DNA from: a virus
Taxonomy: Duplodnaviria > Caudoviricetes
Strand: one strand, 5' to 3'
Virus record (IMG/VR): IMGVR_UViG_3300042914_002678
DNA length: 64,000 bases
Every line of letters begins with the position of its first letter. Within the stretch, counting starts at the first letter, position 1. Under the pieces are notes generated by a model. The model was not told the DNA's origin and did no database searches. It was given only the letters and a program-made list of their open reading frames with translations. Both the position numbers and the translations under genes were made by a program. Shown here in pieces: positions 28,844 to 36,008 of this stretch.

Positions 28844-29509
28844 ATGAAATATTATACTTATGCATATTTGCGTGAAGATGGAACACCTTATTATATTGGC
28901 AAAGGAAAAGAAAATAGAATATACAAAAAACATATTGTTCCAATTCCCACAGAGGATAGAATTTTATTTTTGAAGAAAAATATTTCTGAAGAAGATGCAA
29001 TTAAACACGAAGTTTATATGATTTCAATATTTGGTAGAAAAAATAATGGAACTGGAATTTTGAGAAATCTTACTGATGGTGGCGAAGGAAGTTCTGGAAG
29101 AAAATTATCAAAAGAAACTATTGAAAGAATGAGTATTGCTGCTAAAAATCGCAAGATAAGTGATGAAGGACGAAAAAAATTAAGTGAAAGAAGTAAAAGA
29201 ATGGGAAAATGGAAAGGTGAAGATAATCCAGGATCAAAAATGAAGGGATTAAAAAGAGATAAACCTTTCACTGAAGAACATAAGAAAAAAATTTCATTAT
29301 CAAATACTGGAAAAAAACATAATAGAGACATTAAACCATTGACAAATTGCAGAAAAATAAAAGTTTATTTTGTTGATGGTTCTATTATTGAATGTTGGGG
29401 TATTAGAGAATTTGAAAGGCAATACGGATATTTGCCAAAACCAGATAGTAGAACTGGAAAATTTTATGGTAAAGCAAAAAATATATTAAAAGTAGAAACT
29501 ATTTTGTAA
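28844..29509 (+). mobile_element. GIY-YIG homing endonuclease with NUMOD3-type repeats
   Basis: YYTYAYLREDGTPYYIGKGK..R, LRNLTDGGEG, FTEEHKKKISLSNTGK; late promoter TATAAATA at 28810. Confidence 0.88.
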
Positions 29510-30095
29510 TTTTAGAAATAACTTTGCCATCACCAGTCATTAAATATCCATTTGGTGATGGTCCAACTATATCAGCACATACTTTTCCATAAGGACTTTC
29601 TGGATGAAAGAATCCACCAGATTTAATTACTTCTAAGCACTTCAAAATTCTTACAAGCTCAAAATCTAAACGACTTTTTTCATATTCACTTTGCTGCCTA
29701 GCAATTTCAGTTGCCGCTCTTTTTTTGCACAAACTCATTAGATCACCATCTAATGGAATATTCAGACCAGCAGAAATGCCCCAGTTTCCATTGCGTGATG
29801 CAAATGTTTCTGGGTCATCACTTGCATTATTACTACTCATTAAAAATGGAGATACTGAAAAAGTTGCTCCTTGGCAACTTACACCACCACCATAAGTGTT
29901 CAATGCATATGGACCTTGTAACACCTGAACTGCTTGGTTTGTTACGTTACCAGTTGCAGATGCTGAAGGTCCTGCAATATTCGTATTACTTGGTGCTGGA
30001 GTGCTTTGTGCAAATGCAGTTCCAGTTGAAATTATTGCGTAAAGACAGAAATTGATGTAGTGGTGGATTGTGTTTCTGTGGTGCGATCTATCCAT
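29499..30095 (-). CDS. Putative secreted protein (start uncertain)
   Basis: Signal-like CLYAIISTGTAFA, then a beta-rich segment and a helical C-terminus with Cys. Confidence 0.7.
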   Translation of the reverse strand: MDRSHHRNTIHHYINFCLYAIISTGTAFAQSTPAPSNTNIAGPSASATGNVTNQAVQVLQGPYALNTYGGGVSCQGATFSVSPFLMSSNNASDDPETFASRNGNWGISAGLNIPLDGDLMSLCKKRAATEIARQQSEYEKSRLDFELVRILKCLEVIKSGGFFHPESPYGKVCADIVGPSPNGYLMTGDGKVISKITK

Positions 30096-30391
30096 GTTTC
30101 TTTTGCCACTCCAGGGCCGAGATAGGTTTCACTGAACTGGAATGGAGCACCTTGAGTCATAATACTGTAGTTTGCTCCCTGTTGAGGAGTGCCAGGAATG
30201 TTAATATTAGTTCCAGTCACAGTATATGATGTGCCAGTTGTATATTCAACTTGGCGAATTGTTTCTATTACTTTTGTAGTAGATTCTGTAGTTGCATTGA
30301 TTGTGCCTCTGGTGAAATTAGGCACAACAGATTCTGCTAGGGCAGGGCAAGAAAACCCTATCAGGAATAAACCTGCTAGGATATGTCTCAT
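30032..30391 (-). CDS. Putative secreted Thr-rich protein
   Basis: Signal peptide MRHILAGLFLIGFSCPALA. Confidence 0.75.
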   Translation of the reverse strand: MRHILAGLFLIGFSCPALAESVVPNFTRGTINATTESTTKVIETIRQVEYTTGTSYTVTGTNINIPGTPQQGANYSIMTQGAPFQFSETYLGPGVAKETWIDRTTETQSTTTSISVFTQ

Positions 30392-30849
30392 TTGAATACG
30401 CTCAATTCAATACTACGTTGAGCAGTAGCAGAAGTTCCTGCGCCACCAGCAGTAACAGTAGGAACACCAGTTGGGGAAAGAGTACCTGCAAGAGTTCCTT
30501 TCTCACCACCAACTTGAGTTACACTATCTCCATAGAGATTGGGAGAACCAATAACACCAGTGGTTACAGTTTGAGTAGTAACAGGAGTATCAGCAGCATT
30601 GATACTTTCTGAGAAACTAAATGCTTGACCTGGAGTATTGATATCATAGGTTCCAGCACCACCTACACCACCAAAGGATGTGGATTGGATATTGGTTCCT
30701 GATGCGGAATACGAAGCACCAATTCGGGTTGATTGAACTGCGGCACCATCAACTTTCAATTGAACGGAATCAGTAATTTTTGATGTAATTTCAGCAGCAT
30801 TAACTGGGATTGCGAAGAATAACGAAAAGGCTAATAGAAGTCTTTTCAT
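30388..30849 (-). CDS. Putative secreted Thr/Gly/Ser-rich protein
   Basis: Signal peptide MKRLLLAFSLFFAIPVNA. Confidence 0.75.
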   Translation of the reverse strand: MKRLLLAFSLFFAIPVNAAEITSKITDSVQLKVDGAAVQSTRIGASYSASGTNIQSTSFGGVGGAGTYDINTPGQAFSFSESINAADTPVTTQTVTTGVIGSPNLYGDSVTQVGGEKGTLAGTLSPTGVPTVTAGGAGTSATAQRSIELSVFK

Positions 30850-30889
30850 TTTCTTATTTTGTGATAAACACTACAAGTATTTAGTGTTT

Positions 30890-32815
30890 TTATCTTGGAA
30901 TAACTGGCAAATAAAACACTCTTGACTGTGTTTGTCTTGTGGTAGGTGCTGTATAGTTTGCTATTCTATCTATTTCTGTCCAATTACTATTATCGTTTGA
31001 ACCATAAATTATCCATGATTTTGGATCTTGGGTATTGTCATTATCTGCTGTAGACCACTTGTAACTAGTTATATTTGTTGAAACTCCTAAATTAAATATT
31101 ACGTCTACACTTAATGAAGAACTTGTAAATTTAGTTGCGGTATTTAAATCTATTAGATTTTCTGGATTTGATCCTGCTGAACTGGTTACTGATGTTGAAC
31201 TTGAATATAAAATTTCTGATTGATTATAATATAATTTAAATTCTGATGCTTGTGTTGACGTGGGTGAACTTCTAGATTCTGTTATTTGCCATTTTATATA
31301 TTGGTAGGTGAGGTAAAGATCTTGTGTGTTTCTAGTTGGAAATTTGCGACTTAATCTTGGACCCCAGATAAGTCTTACTGCCCCATTCCCTCCATCTTCG
31401 TATTCTACAAGAGTATTATCTGATCCAGCACCTCCTCCTCCAAAATTTCCCGGTTTTGAGGGATTATATGGACTGTCATCATAAAGTGGCAATGTTGCAT
31501 CTTCTCCTCCAGATCCGCCTTTTCCCCCAGATCCATCACCAGTAGAACCAGAACCACCTAAACCACTAGAACCTTCTCCATATACTCCTACTCCTCCTCC
31601 AGATCCAGCGGTATCAACTCCACCACTTCCACCACCACCACCTGCTCCTCCACCAGACCCGGAAGATCCAGACGTACCTACATTAGACACAACATCTCCA
31701 CCCTTTCCTCCATTTCCAGAATATCCACCGGCACCGCCGCCTCCTCCAGAATCGTCAGCAGATCCTCCCCTTGTACCTCCGTTTCCGCCATTTCCACCTC
31801 CTTCTCCAACAAATGATCCACCAAGACCAGATGTATTATTAGCACCTATTGCACCTTGTCCTCCATTACCTGCAACTGTTGAAGAGTTTATAAAGTAACT
31901 TTGACCACCAGAACCAGCTCTAGTTGTACTATTAATAATTCTAGTTCCTCCTTTTCCAACTTGAATCGTATATGTATTTCCTGGTGTTACCGGTATTATA
32001 TTTTTCCATCCCAATCCACCACCACCAGCACCTGATGCAGAATTTGAGTTTGAAGCACTTCCACCACCACCACCAATACATACCGAAGAAACTTCATATA
32101 CATTTTCTGGACAAGTCCAAGTGCGTGTTTGTGGAAATGTATTTAATGTGTATCCACTGTTGGATTCTGGTGTAAACGCTTTAAATAAGGAATCTCTATC
32201 ATAAAAACCAGAAACACCAGATCTTATTGTGTTTATATGAAGATCTATTCTACTTGGATTTGTTGAAGAACCACCTTCATAAAAAGTAATTGACCAAACT
32301 AATGGATTTACCCTGTTAGATTGCCATCCGGCATATATTATGGTTGTTGTTCTATTTGGACTTGTCCCTGAAGTTATTTTTACTGGTCCATTATATCCAT
32401 ATGTTACTATGCTATCCGAACTGTTATATGAATTATTTGCAGTATTTGCACATATAAAAATTTTATCATATGGAATTTCTCCTGGATTACTAAAGTTAGG
32501 ACTGGTATCATGAGTGTAAGAACCAGGATAAAATACAATATAACTGTCTACACCTATAATAACGTTGCTATATTGAGTTCCATTAAACCAAACATTAAAT
32601 CCAAGATTTATAGTCGCAGCAAATGAACTGTCAGTTATATAACCATTAGTAGAACTGCTGACATATAAATTTGAGTTATTTCCAGTTGGAATACTTACTT
32701 TTGGAATCTTAGTGATTTCTAAGTCATCAACTTTAAAAAGTTGTTGACCAGTTTCTGTTGTGTTGGAAGTTTGTGTGCTATTGTCGAGCGTAAGAAAACT
32801 TTGAATGACGGTCAT
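30890..32815 (-). CDS. Glycine-rich virion/fibre protein with C-terminal discoidin (F5/8C)-like domain
   Basis: GGGGG/AGGGGG glycine-rich domain; C-terminal NL.D...TKF...Y.W.TA.ND...DPKSW.IYGSND..NW. Confidence 0.7.
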   Translation of the reverse strand: MTVIQSFLTLDNSTQTSNTTETGQQLFKVDDLEITKIPKVSIPTGNNSNLYVSSSTNGYITDSSFAATINLGFNVWFNGTQYSNVIIGVDSYIVFYPGSYTHDTSPNFSNPGEIPYDKIFICANTANNSYNSSDSIVTYGYNGPVKITSGTSPNRTTTIIYAGWQSNRVNPLVWSITFYEGGSSTNPSRIDLHINTIRSGVSGFYDRDSLFKAFTPESNSGYTLNTFPQTRTWTCPENVYEVSSVCIGGGGGSASNSNSASGAGGGGLGWKNIIPVTPGNTYTIQVGKGGTRIINSTTRAGSGGQSYFINSSTVAGNGGQGAIGANNTSGLGGSFVGEGGGNGGNGGTRGGSADDSGGGGGAGGYSGNGGKGGDVVSNVGTSGSSGSGGGAGGGGGSGGVDTAGSGGGVGVYGEGSSGLGGSGSTGDGSGGKGGSGGEDATLPLYDDSPYNPSKPGNFGGGGAGSDNTLVEYEDGGNGAVRLIWGPRLSRKFPTRNTQDLYLTYQYIKWQITESRSSPTSTQASEFKLYYNQSEILYSSSTSVTSSAGSNPENLIDLNTATKFTSSSLSVDVIFNLGVSTNITSYKWSTADNDNTQDPKSWIIYGSNDNSNWTEIDRIANYTAPTTRQTQSRVFYLPVIPR

Positions 32816-32819
32816 ATTT

Positions 32820-33317
32820 TTAAGTTAAACTTAGACCAGAACCAGCGATTACGAAAGTAGGTGTAGAACCACCCACAATACAAAGTAATGTGCAAAGACC
32901 TCTTTGTGCTAATGTTCTACTTGTTGAGTTTGAAGAAGTTCCCGCCAAGTACATTGTGATATTTGCTTCTTGATCAGATTCTTTAGATATTGTTATGTCT
33001 AATGCAGAATTATTATAAATTGTAATCGTGTCTCCGGGAGAAAATACTGAAACTGGAACAATTACTGTGGAATTTGTAGACACATGCTTTCCTACATCCG
33101 ATGCCAATAACGTATATGAAGTAGTTTTAGAATTTTGTGGGACATTACCTAAAATTGCTCCTTGAGTTCCTTGAAGTCCTTGAGTTCCTTGGAGACCTTG
33201 ATTTCCTTGAAGTCCTTGTAGTCCCTGAACACCTTGAAGACCTTGAGTACCTTGAAGACCTTGAGCACCTTGAAGACCAATAAAACTACTTCCTAATAAA
33301 CCAGATAATGTAGGCAT
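32820..33317 (-). CDS. Collagen-like short tail-fibre protein
   Basis: 13 G-X-Q triplets followed by PQNSKTTSYTL..SDVGK...RTLAQRGLCTLL, a cyanophage fibre-type domain. Confidence 0.75.
   Translation of the reverse strand: MPTLSGLLGSSFIGLQGAQGLQGTQGLQGVQGLQGLQGNQGLQGTQGLQGTQGAILGNVPQNSKTTSYTLLASDVGKHVSTNSTVIVPVSVFSPGDTITIYNNSALDITISKESDQEANITMYLAGTSSNSTSRTLAQRGLCTLLCIVGGSTPTFVIAGSGLSLT
33159..33278 (-). repeat. 9-nt tandem repeat encoding collagen-like (Gly-X-Gln)n
   Basis: CCTTG(A/G)-based units with 9 bp period on the plus strand. Confidence 0.9.
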
Positions 33318-33358
33318 TATATTTTTTTTAACTTCTTAATTTTATTTATTTCAGATAC

Positions 33359-33387
33359 TTGACAAATCCTAAATAAAAACTTAATAT
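33359..33387 (+). promoter_or_regulatory. Sigma70 promoter
   Basis: TTGACA-17 nt-TAATAT. Confidence 0.75.
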
Positions 33388-33391
33388 GGAA

Positions 33392-33511
33392 AATCCCCTT
33401 ACAGGGATTACATCATGAGTCTGTGATGTGACAATTAGAGCCGTGGAAGGTGCCCTTCGAGAGAGGTGGTGTACCCCCCTTCTATACGGATGTAGAGTTC
33501 AATTAATTTTA
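33392..33511 (+). ncRNA. Candidate structured 5' leader RNA
   Basis: Hairpins AATCCC/GGGATT and ACATCA/TGATGT, and a branched CCGT-GGAAGG/CCTTCT-ACGG domain. Confidence 0.55.
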
Positions 33512-34165
33512 ATGCTAAACTTCTTTACTGTAACCGTTCCTCTTGTAGCGATGGTTACAACCAGTACGGCAACACTGCCATTCTCTAGTTATAAACTGCA
33601 AGGTCCGCCTCCCCCAGTGGATGTAAAACCTTACACTATTATTAAAGAGTTTGAACCAGAGACGACAGCAATCCGCGAGGTTGCAATTCCAAAGTTAAAA
33701 GAGAAAAGGTTAATTTGTAAAGGGTGTTCAGAACATGAACAACTTGCTCTGGATTATTTCCAAGATCAAGGAATTAAAGACAGAAACGCCCTTGCTACTA
33801 TCATGGGCAATATTAAGCAAGAATCTATGTTCGTGCCTAATATTTGTGAAGGTGGTAGCAGGACTCAGTACCATCACTGCGGTCGCGGTTATGGTCTGAT
33901 CCAATGGACATCTGCCGATCGTTATTATGGATTGGGTGATTTCGCTAAGAAGTTTGGTGGTTCTCCATCAGCACTTCCAACGCAACTTCGTTATCTAACG
34001 ACTGAGGTTCAGTGGAAACGAATTGAAGATAGGATGAAAACTCCTGGAAAATCTATCAATCGTTACATGGACTATGCGTATAGTTGGATTGGTTGGGGCA
34101 TTCATGGTGCCCGCACATCATATGCACATGAATATGCTTCCAAACTGATCACGGTAGAAGTTTGA
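33512..34165 (+). CDS. Phage tail-type lysozyme (Phage_lysozyme2-like) with N-terminal signal/anchor
   Basis: ALATIMGNIKQES and GYGLIQWT motifs; start adjusted to ATG 33512. Confidence 0.85.
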   Translation: MLNFFTVTVPLVAMVTTSTATLPFSSYKLQGPPPPVDVKPYTIIKEFEPETTAIREVAIPKLKEKRLICKGCSEHEQLALDYFQDQGIKDRNALATIMGNIKQESMFVPNICEGGSRTQYHHCGRGYGLIQWTSADRYYGLGDFAKKFGGSPSALPTQLRYLTTEVQWKRIEDRMKTPGKSINRYMDYAYSWIGWGIHGARTSYAHEYASKLITVEV

Positions 34166-34248
34166 TATAATAGAATAAAGTTGGGGAGAATTATTATCTC
34201 TCCCCTTCTTGTATACATATAGAAGTAAATTTTTTATTGGAGATTATT

Positions 34249-34437
34249 ATGTCCGTATCAGAAGAACTACTTAATGCTGTTGAAGCTTGGAAAGTAGAAG
34301 ACGAAAAGTTTGTTGGCGGAAATAACGCCGCAGGAACTCGTGCTCGCAAGGCACTTCAGGAAATTTCTAAACTTGTCAAGACACGTAGAACAGAAATTAC
34401 TGAAGAGAAAAACGCTCGTAAGGCAGTAAAGGCTTGA
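34249..34437 (+). CDS. Histone H1-like (Hc1-family) small basic protein
   Basis: GNNAAGTRARKALQEISKL motif typical of Hc1-like proteins; GGAG SD. Confidence 0.75.
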   Translation: MSVSEELLNAVEAWKVEDEKFVGGNNAAGTRARKALQEISKLVKTRRTEITEEKNARKAVKA

Positions 34438-34462
34438 CGGGTTGGGTTTAATACCCTATAAT
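34434..34462 (+). promoter_or_regulatory. Sigma70 promoter
   Basis: TTGACG-17 nt-TATAAT; the -35 overlaps the upstream stop codon. Confidence 0.8.
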
Positions 34463-34468
34463 ACTCTC

Positions 34469-34548
34469 ATGGGCAGGCGAGGTTCCAACCCTCCTTTAAG
34501 ACCCGCCCCTTCCATGCCTATCATAGAAGCACAAACAGGAAGGGTTAT
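34469..34548 (+). ncRNA. Candidate pseudoknotted small RNA
   Basis: ATGGGCA/TGCCTAT and GGCG/CGCC stems, crossed by CCTTCC/GGAAGG. Confidence 0.5.
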
Positions 34549-34620
34549 GGGACTGTCGCCTATTGGTTAAGGCCCACTGCTTATAACGGTGTGAACGGAG
34601 TTCAATTCTCCGCAGTCCTA
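34549..34620 (+). tRNA. tRNA-Ile(UAU)
   Basis: Cloverleaf; CACTG-CTTATAA-CGGTG anticodon arm; TTCAATT T-loop. Confidence 0.85.
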
Positions 34621-34649
34621 TTGACAATCTAAGTTAAATACTTTATGAT
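34621..34649 (+). promoter_or_regulatory. Sigma70 promoter
   Basis: TTGACA-17 nt-TATGAT. Confidence 0.8.
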
Positions 34650-34655
34650 TGTCTC

Positions 34656-34726
34656 GTGAGTAACAGAGGGTCTAAACCTTGTGTAATCCTCACACACCTC
34701 CTCTAAGAGAACTTATAGGAGGTCTT
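34656..34726 (+). ncRNA. Yfr1/Yfr10-like small RNA candidate
   Basis: Stem-loop, unpaired AATCCTCACAC (10/11 match to the Yfr1 motif ACTCCTCACAC), then stem-loop ACCTCCT...AGGAGGT; own promoter. Confidence 0.65.
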
Positions 34727-34728
34727 AT

Positions 34729-34803
34729 GGGCACGTAACTCAGCCTGGACAGAGTATCCGACTTCTAATCGGTTAGCCGTAGGTTCAAATCCTACCGTGC
34801 CTG
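34729..34803 (+). tRNA. tRNA-Arg(UCU)
   Basis: Cloverleaf; CCGA-CTTCTAA-TCGG anticodon arm. Confidence 0.93.
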
Positions 34804-34857
34804 TTTTGAATAAAACAACTTAAAAACATAAATAATAATGTAATATCCATTAATAAT

Positions 34858-35316
34858 ATGGAATGTGTAACCTGCGGAAAACAACATAATAATCCAAAAT
34901 TTTGTAGTAGAAGTTGTGCCGCTAAATGGACTAATGTTCAACACCCTAAAAGGAAAAAAATTAATTTTCCAAATAAATGCGAAATGTGTGGTGTAGAAAT
35001 TGATTATAGAAGTAAAAGATGTATAAAATGTTGTGGTTCTTTGGGTGATATGACATTAAAAGAAGCAATTTATGAAAAACATCACAAGTCTTCTGCTTTT
35101 GCTTTAATTAGGACAAGAGCAAGAGCAGAAGGAAAAAAACTTGGATTTACCAAATGTTGCAAATGTGGGTATGATAAACATATAGAAGTTGCCCACATTA
35201 AACCAATTTCTTCTTTTAGTGAAGAGGTTATGATAAGTATTATTAATTCCAAAGAAAACATAATGCCTTTGTGCCCAAATTGCCACTGGGAATACGACCA
35301 TAACCTTTGGACTTGA
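34858..35316 (+). mobile_element. HNH endonuclease with N-terminal zinc-ribbon motifs, inserted in the tRNA cluster
   Basis: CVTC...FCSRSC, CCKCGYD...EVAHIKP...N...LCPNCHWEYD; CATAAATA late-like promoter upstream. Confidence 0.85.
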
Positions 35317-35341
35317 CATAATCTCAGAACTAGTGTAATAT
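35313..35341 (+). promoter_or_regulatory. Sigma70 promoter
   Basis: TTGACA-17 nt-TAATAT; the -35 contains the HNH stop codon. Confidence 0.75.
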
Positions 35342-35347
35342 ATAAAC

Positions 35348-35490
35348 TGATAGAGGGTAAGTCACTGTTATATCCTTATGAGGTATATCACACTTACTCC
35401 ATCAAATGTAGGAAGTGCAACACCTCTCGCTGGTTTAGACTGGATGATGTGAAAGGTGATTCTGTCCGCACATAGAAATCCCTCCTACCA
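35348..35490 (+). ncRNA. Candidate ~140 nt structured RNA ending in CCA
   Basis: Long 5' hairpin plus a multibranch 3' domain closed by GTAGGA/TCCTAC. Confidence 0.5.
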
Positions 35491-35494
35491 TTAT

Positions 35495-35567
35495 TCCCTT
35501 ATAGCTCAATTGGCAGAGCACGGAGCTGTTAACTCTGGGGTTCCTGGTTCGAGTCCAGGTGGGGGAG
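35495..35567 (+). tRNA. tRNA-Asn(GUU)
   Basis: Cloverleaf; CGGAG-CTGTTAA-CTCTG anticodon arm. Confidence 0.93.
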
Positions 35568-35657
35568 TTGGAAGTGATCCTGCGATAACCTCAAGAGCAC
35601 TCCTTCCAACTAAAACCTAGAATATTTCTAGGTCAGGGGGATGGCCTCCCCTGTTTC

Positions 35658-35729
35658 GCCCTTGTAGCTCAGTGGTAGAGCAACGGTTTTGTAAACCGTT
35701 GGTCGCTGGTTCAAATCCAGTCGGGGGCT
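35658..35729 (+). tRNA. tRNA-Thr(UGU)
   Basis: Cloverleaf; ACGGT-TTTGTAA-ACCGT anticodon arm. Confidence 0.95.
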
Positions 35730-35757
35730 TGACATAATACTCATTATGTCTTATACT
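35729..35757 (+). promoter_or_regulatory. Sigma70 promoter containing a perfect 8-bp inverted repeat
   Basis: TTGACA-17 nt-TATACT; GACATAAT-actc-ATTATGTC. Confidence 0.75.
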
Positions 35758-35763
35758 TTTCCT

Positions 35764-35807
35764 ATCCGTGTGAAGGAAATGTGCTGGGAGAGAAATCTCC
35801 CACTTTT
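35764..35807 (+). ncRNA. Candidate ~45 nt RNA with a segment near-complementary to the Yfr1 motif
   Basis: GTGTGAAGGA followed by a GGGAGA-GAAA-TCTCCC hairpin and TTTT. Confidence 0.4.
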
Positions 35808-35878
35808 GCGAATGTGGTGTAGCGGTAACATCCCATCCTTCCAAGTTGGTGTCACGGGTTCGATCCCCGTCATTCGCT
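35808..35878 (+). tRNA. tRNA-Gly(UCC)
   Basis: Cloverleaf; CCATC-CTTCCAA-GTTGG anticodon arm, U73. Confidence 0.93.
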
Positions 35879-35903
35879 TATAAACCGTAAAAACCGAAAA
35901 GGC

Positions 35904-35938
35904 TTGACTGATCCCAAAGGAACTGTTAAGATAAATAC
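35904..35938 (+). promoter_or_regulatory. Porin promoter: sigma70 type with overlapping late-like element
   Basis: TTGACT-17 nt-TAAGAT overlapping ATAAATA. Confidence 0.7.
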
Positions 35939-36008
35939 CGTGAAGTGATAGTGCCTCAACTACTCGCATAGTCACACATTATGTCCTATAGAACAAAAAC
36001 AAATTTTT

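Noticed and set aside
33159-33278. CRISPR-like or DGR repeat
   Set aside because: 9-nt coding periodicity without spacers; no cas or reverse transcriptase gene anywhere in the window.
33428-33511. Longer start of the tail lysozyme at 33428
   Set aside because: The extension covers the structured leader; the signal-like N-terminus begins at ATG 33512.
34469-34548. HDV-like/theta ribozyme assignment
   Set aside because: Helix order lacks the nested P3/P1.1, and the element is 5' rather than 3' of the tRNA.
35400-35490. Possible extra tRNA (ends in CCA)
   Set aside because: No TTC T-loop or canonical anticodon arm; kept only as an ncRNA candidate.
35617-35975. Minus-strand ORFs across the tRNA cluster
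   Set aside because: They are reverse translations of tRNA-Thr and tRNA-Gly genes.
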